NCBI GenBank assembly: GCA_030698495.1
Contig: JAUYKA010000008.1
Span: 78,895 to 142,894 of the forward strand
Reading direction: 5' to 3'
Origin: a bacterium
GTDB taxonomy: Bacteria; Patescibacteriota; Andersenbacteria; UBA10190
DNA length: 64,000 nucleotides
The notes beneath the pieces were generated by a model that was not told where the DNA came from, made no database searches, and worked only from the letters and a program-made list of their open reading frames with translations. Positions 10,135-19,735 of the stretch are shown here, piece by piece; positions within the stretch are counted from its first letter, which is position 1; each line of letters starts with the position of its first letter. The translations under genes and the position numbers were made by a program.

Positions 10135-11574
10135 ATGAAGAAAATTATATTTATTGGATTGGCGGCAGTGATAATGCTGTTGGTGGGGGAAGTGAGGACA
10201 GCCGATGCTGCCGGTCTTAGTGATCGGGTAAATGAAGCTTATAGGAAGATCTATAGCGTTAATCCAACACCAGCGGAAAACATCTATTGGTTGGGGCGTG
10301 TTGTTAAAGGAGAGAAAAAGACGTTTGAGGCTTTAGTTGGGGCCATTGCTTACCAAAGAGCGTTAGGCAATAAGCCGGGTGTGGCGGTGACACTAAAAAC
10401 GGGTGGTAAAGTGAATGGGGTAAAAGATGATAAACAGACAATGACTGTACAGACGCTGCCTCTGTTTGTAAAAATATACGGAAACGATCCAACGAACACA
10501 GAGAAAGCCTGGTGGCGGAAGCGGATTTCCTGTGGTGAGATAACCAGCATGAAGGCACTGGAAAATTCCATGCTTTATCATAAGAGCAAGGGTGCCCGAA
10601 AAGGGTCGGACACAATTTGTGGTCAAAAAGGAAGCAGTGGTTTATCAAGCAGCGGGGTCACAAGCCGACAGGTGGCCGGCGTGTCCACGCACCCGATGGG
10701 TGATCAAGTAAGGATTGGTATTTTTAATACTAACGGGTCCGCGATAAAAGTTACGGCGGATAATAAGTTTCAAATCAGAGAAGGGGCGTCAAAAATTTTG
10801 GCGACGTTGGGAAAAGAGGATGATGTACAAGTGAGTTGGTCGGGCGGCAAGTATCATGTACGCGGCTCGGGAATCGAGCTTGATACGACTAATATAATCA
10901 GGTTGGTTCCGCTGAATCAGGGGATTATGCAAATTAAAAGCTATAATGATAAGTCCACTACGATAGCGGGCAAAAATTATAATCGGTTCCGCGGCATTAT
11001 CGAAATACGCAAATGCGATGGCTGCAATGAACTGTGGGCGATAAATGAATTACGAACGGAATATTACTTGCGTGGTTTGGCGGAGACTTCGGGCGACGGG
11101 CCGGAAGAATACATTAAAGCGCTTGGTGTAGCGGCTAGGACTTACGTTTTGTATCATAAAGTAGTGACAGGGGGAAGAAACACGGCGAAGGGGTATGATA
11201 TCGGTAGAACACCGGATGATCAAATTTATCGCGGTTATGAATATGAAATTATTACGCCGCGCATGGCCAGTATATTTAATCAGGTAAAAGGTATTATCGC
11301 GACTGATGGTGAAGGTGATACGCCGGTATCAACGGTGTATTTTTCTGATTCTGATGGGCGTACGCGCAGCGCAAAGGAAGCTTGGCAAACAAGTCGCTTT
11401 CCTCACTTACAGAAATCCGTTGAAGATCCGTATCATGTCGCTTCGAGTTGTAATGGACACTGCGTGGGTATGAGCGCGCAAGGAGCGTATGGTTTCGCGG
11501 GGAAGGCCGGTTGGACTTGGCAAAAAATCTTAAATTATTATTACAGCGGAATTAAGCTGGTAAAGGCGTACTAG
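10135..11574 (+). CDS. Secreted SpoIID/LytB-domain protein (lytic transglycosylase-like) with two N-terminal repeats
   Basis: Signal peptide; 'YYLRGLAE', 'KALGVAARTY', 'DDQIYRG', 'GHCVGMSAQGA', 'ILNYYYSG'. Confidence 0.85.
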   Translation: MKKIIFIGLAAVIMLLVGEVRTADAAGLSDRVNEAYRKIYSVNPTPAENIYWLGRVVKGEKKTFEALVGAIAYQRALGNKPGVAVTLKTGGKVNGVKDDKQTMTVQTLPLFVKIYGNDPTNTEKAWWRKRISCGEITSMKALENSMLYHKSKGARKGSDTICGQKGSSGLSSSGVTSRQVAGVSTHPMGDQVRIGIFNTNGSAIKVTADNKFQIREGASKILATLGKEDDVQVSWSGGKYHVRGSGIELDTTNIIRLVPLNQGIMQIKSYNDKSTTIAGKNYNRFRGIIEIRKCDGCNELWAINELRTEYYLRGLAETSGDGPEEYIKALGVAARTYVLYHKVVTGGRNTAKGYDIGRTPDDQIYRGYEYEIITPRMASIFNQVKGIIATDGEGDTPVSTVYFSDSDGRTRSAKEAWQTSRFPHLQKSVEDPYHVASSCNGHCVGMSAQGAYGFAGKAGWTWQKILNYYYSGIKLVKAY

Positions 11575-11687
11575 AGCAAGGTAGGCAGGGTAAGATATAA
11601 GCAAGGTAAGTATTATGGGAAATGCCGATAGTGTTTTTGTGCTTTATGTGTTAATAGCTAAGGTTACTTATCGGGTATAATAAAGCA

Positions 11688-12818
11688 ATGAAAATATTGT
11701 TAATCGCGGAAAATTGGCCGCCAAGACAGGGCGGAATCGAGAGGTACTTGAGTAATCTGGCCACCTGTTTGGGGCAAGATAATGACGTGACGGTTATCGC
11801 GCCGCATAGTGTTGGCGAGGAAAGTAGTTCGGTAAAAGTAATTACGAAAAGATTTTTTTGGCCGATAATAAAGCCGGCTTGGCTGCCGCTATGCATTGGT
11901 GTTTATCGCCTGGCAAAGAAAGAAAGATTTGATGTGGTTTTATGCGGGAAGGCTTTGTTTGAGGGGCAAATAGCTCGCTACTTAAAACGATATTTTCAGA
12001 TACCGTTTGTAGTTTTTACTTATGGCATGGAAATTAAGACTTGGCAGAGTCAGAGGCGAAACAGAAGAAAGTTGATGACCGTATTGCGGGCTGTTGATAT
12101 AGCGGCCTATATAAATAATGAAACAAAAGATGATTTATCCAGTTTAGGAGTAGCGGATAGCAAATTAATGAAATTGACACCGGCAGTTGGTGAGGAGTTT
12201 TTGAGATCCGTGCCGGAAAACAAGGTTGTCGGGGTGTTGGAAAAAACCAATGTGGCCAAGCCGTATGTTTTATCCGTAGGCCGGTTGGTGAAGCGTAAGG
12301 GATTTGATCAATTGATTGAAGCGTTCGCACAAGTTGAACAAACAAGATATGGCGACTGGAGCTTGGTTGTTGTCGGGGACGGACCGGAAAAAACTGATCT
12401 TGCAAACATGGCGGAAAAAAATCTGATCGGTAAAAGAGTAATCTTTACCGGCGCGATTGATGATATGTATCTGCGTTTGTTGTACGGCCAGGCGGGTTTT
12501 TTCGCGCTGACGCCTAAAAATTTGCCGAACGACATCGAGGGATTCGGTATTGTTTATCTGGAAGCGGCGGCTTGCGGCTTAGCTGTATTGGCAACTAAAA
12601 CCGGCGGTGTCACGGAGGCAGTAGTTGACGGCGAAACGGGAATACTGGTTGGGCGGGATAATATTAAGGCAATAACTGTGGGGCTGGAGAGATTAATGTT
12701 GGACGCGCAGAAGAGAAGTTGTTTGGGTGAAAACGGGAAACGGCGGGTCGAAAATGATTTCCGCTGGAGTCAGAGAGCGAGTCAATTAGTCGAAGAGATA
12801 CAAAAACGTCTAGGTTAA
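11688..12818 (+). CDS. Glycosyltransferase family 4 (PimB-like)
   Basis: 'WPPRQGGIERY', 'SVGRLVKRKG', 'EGFGIVYLEAAACG'. Confidence 0.92.
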   Translation: MKILLIAENWPPRQGGIERYLSNLATCLGQDNDVTVIAPHSVGEESSSVKVITKRFFWPIIKPAWLPLCIGVYRLAKKERFDVVLCGKALFEGQIARYLKRYFQIPFVVFTYGMEIKTWQSQRRNRRKLMTVLRAVDIAAYINNETKDDLSSLGVADSKLMKLTPAVGEEFLRSVPENKVVGVLEKTNVAKPYVLSVGRLVKRKGFDQLIEAFAQVEQTRYGDWSLVVVGDGPEKTDLANMAEKNLIGKRVIFTGAIDDMYLRLLYGQAGFFALTPKNLPNDIEGFGIVYLEAAACGLAVLATKTGGVTEAVVDGETGILVGRDNIKAITVGLERLMLDAQKRSCLGENGKRRVENDFRWSQRASQLVEEIQKRLG

Positions 12819-12822
12819 CGAT

Positions 12823-15453
12823 ATGAATTTGGCAAAAATACAAGCACTGTCATTAGGCACCAAGGCGGTAACAACAGCACTCGGCATTATCCAAAGCGTA
12901 ATAGTGGTGCGGATATTGTCGCCGGCAGAATACGGTTTAGTTGGCTTGGTTATGTCGGTTGGCGGAGTGATAGGAGTAACGCAGCATTTGGGAATTGTGG
13001 ACGGAGCAATTAGAGAAATCGCCGTGTTAAAAAATAAGCGGGAAGCGGCAGCGGTGTTTTGGGTGTCGCACCTTGTACGTCAAGCGGTAACGATTCCTTT
13101 ATCAATCGGATTGATATTGCTGGCGGGGTTTGTAGCTGGCTCTATTTATCATCGGCCGGAAATTGCTTTGCTGATCCAGATATATGCCGCCGTATTGATA
13201 CTGCAGGGTTTACAGGACGTGATGGGCGCGACGCTGACGGGGTTAAAGCGTTTTGTATCGTTATATGTAGTGCAAATTGTAACGGCTGCGATTAATGTCG
13301 CGGTATTCGGCTATGCCACGTGGCGTTTTGGAACGGTTGGTTTTTTCTGGGCGATAGTGATAACGACAACGATAATGATTATTTTACTGACAATCATAGT
13401 CGCACGCAGCTTGAGAGGAGAGTTACGCTGGCCAGGGATAGTGCAAATAAACAAATATTCGCGACGGGTAATGCGGGTCGGAGCATATATGTATTTGGCC
13501 AGAATATTCTTTGTTATTTGGCAGCGTTTGCCGTTGCTGCTTTTAGGGGGAGTCCTGACGGCTGACAGTTTAGGATATTTGAACGTATCACTGACATTCG
13601 GGTCGAAACTGACTATTATTGCGATGGCATTATCGGAAGTTAACTTGTCGTGGATGAGTTCACTGTACGCTCAGCGGCAAAACGAATTTAGGCGCGTAGT
13701 TACGCGAAATATGCACCGCGTATTGCTACTGATGATGTTGTTAACACTGGTGTTGTTATACTTTGCTCCGGAAATTCTACAGTATGTTATCGGGGCCGAG
13801 TATTTGCCGGCACGACAAATCATATTAATCGTCACGGCCGCTTTTTTCCTGTACGCGTTGACGGATATAGGCACCAGCAGTGTCTTTGTGTCGGCGGATG
13901 AACCGCGCCTGCGGGCGATTATTTATGGGGCCATGACGACCGTAACGGCGGTGACGGTGGGATGGATTTTATGGCAGCGACCAGACGCATTTTGGGCATC
14001 GGGCGGAGTTTTAGGTGGTGCGGTGGTTGCTTATCTGATAACTGTTATCTTCACAAAAAAACATTTTGGCATCGCTTTGGTAACGGGGCAGTTGGGATTA
14101 TTGCTGGCAGCGTTGGGTTTGAGCGTGGGGTGGCTGCTGACGGAGCCGTTATTATTAGTGCGAACAGCCGTGTTTATTTTACTAACAGCATATGTAATTT
14201 ATGAAGCTAACCGCAGTAATTTGTTGCCAGGTTTTTTGAAAGTAAACAGACGCCAACAAGACGAGACCGGTGTTAAAATTATTTGTTTTGCCGGGGCGGT
14301 ATATAATCAGTTTTCCTGGACTAACCGACAGCAAATTATGACACGTTTAGCGCAGAAGTACCCGGTTTTTTACGTGGAGCCCCGGGTGTGGGTTCTGCGA
14401 TATGTCATCAGAAACTGGCGAAAACCACTGGTAATACTTGGTTTTTTCCAGCGCGTACTGGCCTATAAAAAAATTAACGATAATTTCTACGTAAAGGCAC
14501 AGTGGAATTTGATTCCGGGATCCAGAGAATTACGCTGGGTGGGACAGTTAAACTATTGGCTTAATAAGTTTTCCGTACTAGCTAAAGCCAAGTGGCTTGG
14601 TTTTAGGTCCGGTAAGCAAGTGATGTGGATATATGATACGGAAGCGGCGGAGTATGTGTCGTCTTTTAAAAAGGCACTGGTAGTCTATGATTGCGTTGAT
14701 GACCACGCGGCGCAGGCGGGGCCGGATCGTAATGAAGCGCGCGTAAAAGAGGAGGAAGCAATGATTTTAAAGAGAGCTGATTTAGTAACGGTAACCTCCC
14801 AAAAATTATTTCAAGAAAAGCGACGGTATAACGCTAATACGCACTTGGTTCTAAACGCCGGGGATACAAAACTATACGCTCAAGCAGAGCAAGACAAGAA
14901 GAAGGTTCCGAGCCTGGAAAGAATAGCGCACCCGATTATCGGTTCGGTGGGAGCACTGGACTCCTATAAATTGGATTTGAACTTGATTCGCAGCGCGGCC
15001 GAATTGCGTCCCGAGTGGCAGTTCGTTTTTGTGGGTGAGCCGATTGTCGACGGGAACAGGGCGCCGATAGTCGAGTTGGCCAAGAGACCGAATGTTCATT
15101 TGCTGGGAGGCGTTGACAGAAAAGACGTGCCGCGGTATGTCTCTTATTTTGACGTATGCGCCATTCCTTATCAGTCCAGCAGCTATAATAACGCCAGTTT
15201 TCCGCTAAAGTTCTGGGAATTTATGGCAACGGGCAAGCCGGTGGTTGTAACTGGCCTGCCGGAGTTAAAAAGATATGCCGATTTAATTGATTACGCGATA
15301 AGTGCCAATGATTTTATTGAGCTGATTGCCAAGAGTTTGGATAGCGATAATAGTCTCGGCAGGCAACGCCTGCAACTGGCGGAGAAACATTCGTGGGAGG
15401 CACGAGTTGCCGAGCTCGACATGTTGTTGCAAGATGTTGTTAGTCGCAAATAA
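12823..15453 (+). CDS. Fusion of Wzx-like flippase (N-term) and GT4/TuaH-like glycosyltransferase (C-term)
   Basis: 876 aa single ORF; 'VRILSPAEYGLV' and about 14 TMs, then 'NRQQIM', 'VYDCVDD', 'PLKFWEFMATGKPVV', 'HSWEAR'. Confidence 0.85.
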   Translation: MNLAKIQALSLGTKAVTTALGIIQSVIVVRILSPAEYGLVGLVMSVGGVIGVTQHLGIVDGAIREIAVLKNKREAAAVFWVSHLVRQAVTIPLSIGLILLAGFVAGSIYHRPEIALLIQIYAAVLILQGLQDVMGATLTGLKRFVSLYVVQIVTAAINVAVFGYATWRFGTVGFFWAIVITTTIMIILLTIIVARSLRGELRWPGIVQINKYSRRVMRVGAYMYLARIFFVIWQRLPLLLLGGVLTADSLGYLNVSLTFGSKLTIIAMALSEVNLSWMSSLYAQRQNEFRRVVTRNMHRVLLLMMLLTLVLLYFAPEILQYVIGAEYLPARQIILIVTAAFFLYALTDIGTSSVFVSADEPRLRAIIYGAMTTVTAVTVGWILWQRPDAFWASGGVLGGAVVAYLITVIFTKKHFGIALVTGQLGLLLAALGLSVGWLLTEPLLLVRTAVFILLTAYVIYEANRSNLLPGFLKVNRRQQDETGVKIICFAGAVYNQFSWTNRQQIMTRLAQKYPVFYVEPRVWVLRYVIRNWRKPLVILGFFQRVLAYKKINDNFYVKAQWNLIPGSRELRWVGQLNYWLNKFSVLAKAKWLGFRSGKQVMWIYDTEAAEYVSSFKKALVVYDCVDDHAAQAGPDRNEARVKEEEAMILKRADLVTVTSQKLFQEKRRYNANTHLVLNAGDTKLYAQAEQDKKKVPSLERIAHPIIGSVGALDSYKLDLNLIRSAAELRPEWQFVFVGEPIVDGNRAPIVELAKRPNVHLLGGVDRKDVPRYVSYFDVCAIPYQSSSYNNASFPLKFWEFMATGKPVVVTGLPELKRYADLIDYAISANDFIELIAKSLDSDNSLGRQRLQLAEKHSWEARVAELDMLLQDVVSRK

Positions 15454-15471
15454 CGAGTAATATTTCGTCTT

Positions 15472-15813
15472 ATGGGAATTCAAGTGGAATATAATCCCGA
15501 TCTGGCTTTGCGCGATTATAGTGAATATACGGCGGGGCGCCGCCAACGGGAAGAGTGTGTGCCGATAAAATTAGCGCGCGGCAAGAAGTATATTTTTTTA
15601 AAAAGGGGGCAGAGAAATTATTATCTGGACGGCGAACAGCCTTTACTGATTACGAAGGGGAATCAAATTCTATCAAAACCGATCGCCAGTATAGTTATTT
15701 TGGAAGCGACACACTTTAAACTGAAGGGGGAAACTTATACGAAGGGGGTTTATGCGGTTAAGCAGGTGTTCAATGACGGGAAGATTCATTTTGACGGGTT
15801 CGCGAAGGTATGA
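15472..15813 (+). CDS. Hypothetical protein
   Basis: 113 aa ORF between two GT genes, ATGA overlap with next gene; no recognised motif. Confidence 0.7.
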   Translation: MGIQVEYNPDLALRDYSEYTAGRRQREECVPIKLARGKKYIFLKRGQRNYYLDGEQPLLITKGNQILSKPIASIVILEATHFKLKGETYTKGVYAVKQVFNDGKIHFDGFAKV

Positions 15814-16910
15814 AGATAAGTTTTGACGTATCAGATTTGGGTACAAACAGAGCGGACGGTACGACTCGATATACCACCGAGTTGGCGCGTCGCTTACCGC
15901 TACTAGGAGGTGAGGATGGGTGGGTTTATCACGCGGCCAGCAACTTTGAATTAGGAGGCGAGTTAAGCAGGGTGACCAAGTCGGTGACGCCTTGGCCAAA
16001 GTATTGGACGCAATTGCGCTTGCCATTTGATTTGTATAAATACAAGCCAGATGTTTTGTTTATGCCTATTCAACAGCTGCCGTATGTCCGTCCAAGAAGC
16101 ATGAAGACGGTGGCGGTAATCCATGATTTGGCGGTTCATAAATATCCGGAACAGTTTACTTATAAGAACTGGGCGCTGCTGCATGTTTTTAGCGCCTATG
16201 TCGCCCGAGAGGCGGATGAGATAATCGCGGTGTCGCAAACCACGGCGGATGATATTGCTAGTTATTACGGGAGGACTAAGAATGTGCACGTAATTTATCA
16301 CGGGGTTGATTATGATAAGTTTTATGTTCCGGATGAATATGCGTTGGAGCAATCAAGAAAGTTTTTATCCGCCAACGATGCCAGTTTTAATAATCCTTAC
16401 CTGCTCTACGTGGGACAGATGCAGCCAAGAAAGAATCTAGTGCGATTAGTAGAAGCGTTTGAACAACTAGTGGAAGACTTACCTGATTATAATTTAGTAA
16501 TTGCCGGCGGGCATGGGTGGCTGCAAAAACCCATTCTGGAACGGATAAAAAACAGCCAGGTCAGGGGTAGGATAATTTTGCCTGGTGCGGTTGACGATGA
16601 GATGCTGCGAGCTTTGTATTGGAATGCACGAGTGTTTGTTTTACCGAGTTTGTATGAAGGCTTCGGTTTGCCGGTGTTGGAAGCTTTCGCCAGCGGTTGT
16701 CCGGTGGTGACAGCAAATGTTTCATCATTGCCGGAAGTGGCGGGCGATGCGGCGGTGTTGGTGGAACCGAAAGATGTGGCATCAATAGCGGCCGGCATCA
16801 GACAAGCACTGGAGAATCGGGAGGAATTAATAAGAAAAGGAATAGTACAGGCAAAAAAATTCACGTGGGACAAATGCGCGCAGGAGACGGGCACAGTTAT
16901 TACTAAATAG
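15810..16910 (+). CDS. Glycosyltransferase family 4 (MtfB/WbaZ-like)
   Basis: 'VIHDLA', 'YVGQMQPRKNL', 'LPSLYEGFGLPVLEAFASGCPV', 'SSLPEVAGDAA'. Confidence 0.93.
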   Translation: MKISFDVSDLGTNRADGTTRYTTELARRLPLLGGEDGWVYHAASNFELGGELSRVTKSVTPWPKYWTQLRLPFDLYKYKPDVLFMPIQQLPYVRPRSMKTVAVIHDLAVHKYPEQFTYKNWALLHVFSAYVAREADEIIAVSQTTADDIASYYGRTKNVHVIYHGVDYDKFYVPDEYALEQSRKFLSANDASFNNPYLLYVGQMQPRKNLVRLVEAFEQLVEDLPDYNLVIAGGHGWLQKPILERIKNSQVRGRIILPGAVDDEMLRALYWNARVFVLPSLYEGFGLPVLEAFASGCPVVTANVSSLPEVAGDAAVLVEPKDVASIAAGIRQALENREELIRKGIVQAKKFTWDKCAQETGTVITK

Positions 16911-16986
16911 TTTTTAAAAGAAGCAAACCCGTTTGGTAGCGGGTATAAAGACGGTGAGAAAGAAATTAAGTAGCGGGATAGTCAGT

Positions 16987-17124
16987 TTAATACTTTATAT
17001 CTTTGTACTTGTCTTTTTTGTAAGTGGCGATGCGTTTGATGGCCAGCACTATAACGGTAATAACAAAGAAAATTAAAACGGCCGCTTCAAGGCCGATTAG
17101 CGCCGCCACAAGAAAGCCGGCCAT
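16987..17124 (-). CDS. Small single-pass membrane protein (45 aa)
   Basis: ATG 17124 just after ybjQ stop: MAGFLVAALIGLEAAVLIFFVITVIVLAIKRIATYKKDKYKDIKY; TM helix plus basic tail. Confidence 0.6.
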   Translation of the reverse strand: MAGFLVAALIGLEAAVLIFFVITVIVLAIKRIATYKKDKYKDIKY

Positions 17125-17128
17125 GGGT

Positions 17129-17443
17129 TTATTCCAAAATAACGGCCGTGCCAAAGGCCAGAATTTCCGACACGCCTTGACTAACAGCGGATGAAGTGAA
17201 GCGAACACCGACAATAGCATTGGCGCCCATTTGGACGGCTTCGGCGGTCATACGATCAAGTGCTTGTTGGCGAGACTCGCCGATCAGTTTAGTGTATTCA
17301 CTAACTTCTCCCCCGACAACGTTTTTGGCCAGAGCAATAATATCTCGTCCTACGTTGCGGGCGCGGGCGGTGGAGCCTTTAACCAAGCCTAGAGTTTGTT
17401 TAATGTTGCGGCCGGGGACGTCGTCCGTGGTAGTTATAATCAT
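17129..17443 (-). CDS. ybjQ: YbjQ/UPF0145 family protein
   Basis: 'MIITTTDDVPGR', 'KNVVGGEVSEYTKL', 'GANAIVGVRF', 'GTAV'. Confidence 0.92.
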   Translation of the reverse strand: MIITTTDDVPGRNIKQTLGLVKGSTARARNVGRDIIALAKNVVGGEVSEYTKLIGESRQQALDRMTAEAVQMGANAIVGVRFTSSAVSQGVSEILAFGTAVILE

Positions 17444-17570
17444 GATTATAGTGTATCGCAAAATTGTCTTGTTGACTAGATAATTTATAAAGTTATACGC
17501 TGTTTGGGTGTTGTTTGGGGTTGTTTTTTTGACAATTTACATGTGTTCCCCAGTTCAAGAAGGAGCTGAT

Positions 17571-18479
17571 ATGGGTACAACGGGAGTGAATACAGCAGAT
17601 AACACTGTTGATCAGTTGGTTTTTGAGTCAGGTTCAGTTGGGGACGTGGCCGTCCATAACCTATTAATGGGCGGTCCGGGAGGCATACCTTTGTATCAGG
17701 GCACTCTGCCGTTGACGCTGTATCTGAAGCAGTTGGCGTCGCTATATGCGGGACAGGAAGAATTCAATACTGGCCTGGTGCCGTGTGGGATGAATGTTCG
17801 GGCAACGTATCAACGTTACGGAATGACTGTTTTTCTGGTTGAAGTTGCCCCCAGTACCAGAACGCTCAAGTGGATAAGGGATGATTCCCCTGCGCCGTAC
17901 GGTAATGAAGCAACTTACTGTGATGCTTGTATTTCTTTGCCGTACCAATATTTCTTTGTGACGATTGATAATATGACGATTGATAACTCGCCGAGGCTGA
18001 CTAGCCATAACAGTGTTTACTTTGCTAATCAGCCTATCACCAGTTTGGATGAGCCGTTGGGGGAGTGTCATTTTCACAACTGTTCCGTGAACGCCTATAG
18101 TTTGCATTGTTGGATTTGCACTCAGTGGTTATCCGGAGATATGGGGCTAGGCAAAAACCCTGCACCTATGCAGTTGGTGGCTGCGTTCATTGAGTGGTTC
18201 TACGCTTCTGGCTTCAATCGCAGCTCTGATTTTCACGAAGGAACCAGTTTCTGGAGCCGGAACAGACAGGAGCTGGGCGATAAGCGTTTGGAGAATATTG
18301 CCGCCTGGAAAAGGGCGTCATCTAGAAATCCTGGGTTTGTGCTGCGGGTGAAGTGGCGTCCTAGCTTAACGGCAAGGGAAGTACTTGAGGAGCTGACCAG
18401 AATACCGGACCGCCGCCCGTCGGGATTACTTGATTTGGTTAATATTTACCGCGCAGCGACGTCTAGGCGGGGAGGATAG
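17571..18479 (+). CDS. Prokaryotic E2-like (ubiquitin-conjugating fold, family D / PRTRC protein B-like)
   Basis: AGGAG SD before ATG 17571; motif order TGLVP..EVAPSTR..SLPYQYF..PITSLDEPL..HN....WIC..FYASGFN..W...S..NP.F resembles Prok-E2_D; adjacent to ThiF and Ubl. Confidence 0.7.
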   Translation: MGTTGVNTADNTVDQLVFESGSVGDVAVHNLLMGGPGGIPLYQGTLPLTLYLKQLASLYAGQEEFNTGLVPCGMNVRATYQRYGMTVFLVEVAPSTRTLKWIRDDSPAPYGNEATYCDACISLPYQYFFVTIDNMTIDNSPRLTSHNSVYFANQPITSLDEPLGECHFHNCSVNAYSLHCWICTQWLSGDMGLGKNPAPMQLVAAFIEWFYASGFNRSSDFHEGTSFWSRNRQELGDKRLENIAAWKRASSRNPGFVLRVKWRPSLTAREVLEELTRIPDRRPSGLLDLVNIYRAATSRRGG

Positions 18480-18540
18480 GAACGTTGTTTATTCAGGTTA
18501 GTGGTTGTGTCATCCACTATTAACAGTTGGAGGTAAGCTG

Positions 18541-19353
18541 ATGTTTCAGGAAAGAAACGACGACTGGCTACAGGGGGTGTTGCCGGCGGAAGCGCCGCTC
18601 GTTGGCGTTGGTTTGGGTGGAATTTGCGAAGGTTGGTTGCCTAACGTATTGCTGTACATGCAGGCGGGTGTTTTGCCGCTAAAACGTGTCATCCTTGTTG
18701 ATGGCAAGAAGTTTTCTGCCCATAATCATGGCCGCCAGAACTTTCGGAATGAGGCTAATAAGGCCGAGGAGAGAAAAGTGATGTGGGGCGCTATGTACCC
18801 CACTCTGCCGATATATGCGGTTGGCCAGTTTGTGGATGAGCACAACATTGCGCAGTTTATTCCCGAGGGCACAGTGGTGTTGCTGTCTCCAGACAATCAT
18901 CCGACACGAGCATTGTTCGCCAGGCATGTCAGCACGCTGAATAACGCTCTGTTGATTTGCGGCGGTAACGATGGTATTAATAAGGAAGGAGGGGAGGATG
19001 GTACCCAGGGTTGGGCAGCGATTTACTGCCGAAGGGCAGGAATGAACGTAACTGCACCACTAACGACGTATCATCCGGAAATCGCGGAAGCGTCTGAAAA
19101 AATGCCGTCAGTAATGAGCTGTATGGAATTGGCGCAAGCCGGACAGCCACAGCTGCTGGCAACAAATCTGCACGTTGGACAAATAATGGCATATCTGTTG
19201 CATCGTTATCTGACCATGCCTTTAGGGCAAGCGTTGGAAGTGGTGGAGCAGAGATGCAATATTGCCACAGGGGAAGTCGTTCGGTTTGGTATCCGCGAGC
19301 GTTTCGCGGATACGGTGTTTTGTCTGGGTCACGAGAAAGGAGAACCATCATGA
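18541..19353 (+). CDS. E1-like ThiF family adenylyltransferase
   Basis: GGAGG SD before ATG 18541; 'VGLGGIC', 'LVDGKKFSAHNHGRQNF', 'NKAE', 'PDNHPTR', 'SCME', 'QLLATN'. Confidence 0.85.
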   Translation: MFQERNDDWLQGVLPAEAPLVGVGLGGICEGWLPNVLLYMQAGVLPLKRVILVDGKKFSAHNHGRQNFRNEANKAEERKVMWGAMYPTLPIYAVGQFVDEHNIAQFIPEGTVVLLSPDNHPTRALFARHVSTLNNALLICGGNDGINKEGGEDGTQGWAAIYCRRAGMNVTAPLTTYHPEIAEASEKMPSVMSCMELAQAGQPQLLATNLHVGQIMAYLLHRYLTMPLGQALEVVEQRCNIATGEVVRFGIRERFADTVFCLGHEKGEPS

Positions 19354-19688
19354 CCAAGACACTGGCAAGCGGTGCGGTGCTGTTGAGAACGCGGCGCATC
19401 GAACGTGTGCGCCCGGGCGAAGACCACACACTCGTCGTGAAGCACGGCGGATCGAGTGCCTGCCTGCGCTTCAACGAGGCGGTCTCCGTTACGGACCTGG
19501 CCAGCTACTGCACGGGACAGCTCGGCTGGTCAGTGGAGGGCATGGCCTTCGTGGTTGACGGTCAGCGCTACGAAGCGAGCCAGGCAGACGGGATCAGGGT
19601 GGATGCCAGTACCAACAAGGTTGAGTTGGGACATCCGGTGGTGCCGAGCAACCTCGAGTTCGTGCGCAAGGTCGGCGCCAAGGGGTAG
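19350..19688 (+). CDS. Ubiquitin-like (beta-grasp) protein, PRTRC protein C-like C-terminus
   Basis: AAGGAG SD, ATGA overlap with ThiF stop; 112 aa; 'FVVDGQ' and C-terminal 'LEFVRKVGAKG*'. Confidence 0.72.
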   Translation: MTKTLASGAVLLRTRRIERVRPGEDHTLVVKHGGSSACLRFNEAVSVTDLASYCTGQLGWSVEGMAFVVDGQRYEASQADGIRVDASTNKVELGHPVVPSNLEFVRKVGAKG

Positions 19689-19735
19689 TAAGCTCTGCCC
19701 TGCCGTTCTTTACAGGCTTGCAAGGCAAGCAAATT

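Noticed and set aside
19254-19349. Longer 144-aa start for the Ubl ORF
   Set aside because: It overlaps ThiF by 100 nt; the SD and ATGA coupling support ATG 19350.
18541-19688. ThiF + small Gly-terminal protein as thiamine/molybdopterin sulfur relay
   Set aside because: No thi/moa genes or rhodanese nearby, no CxxC zinc motifs, the small protein ends KG not GG, and an E2-like gene is adjacent.
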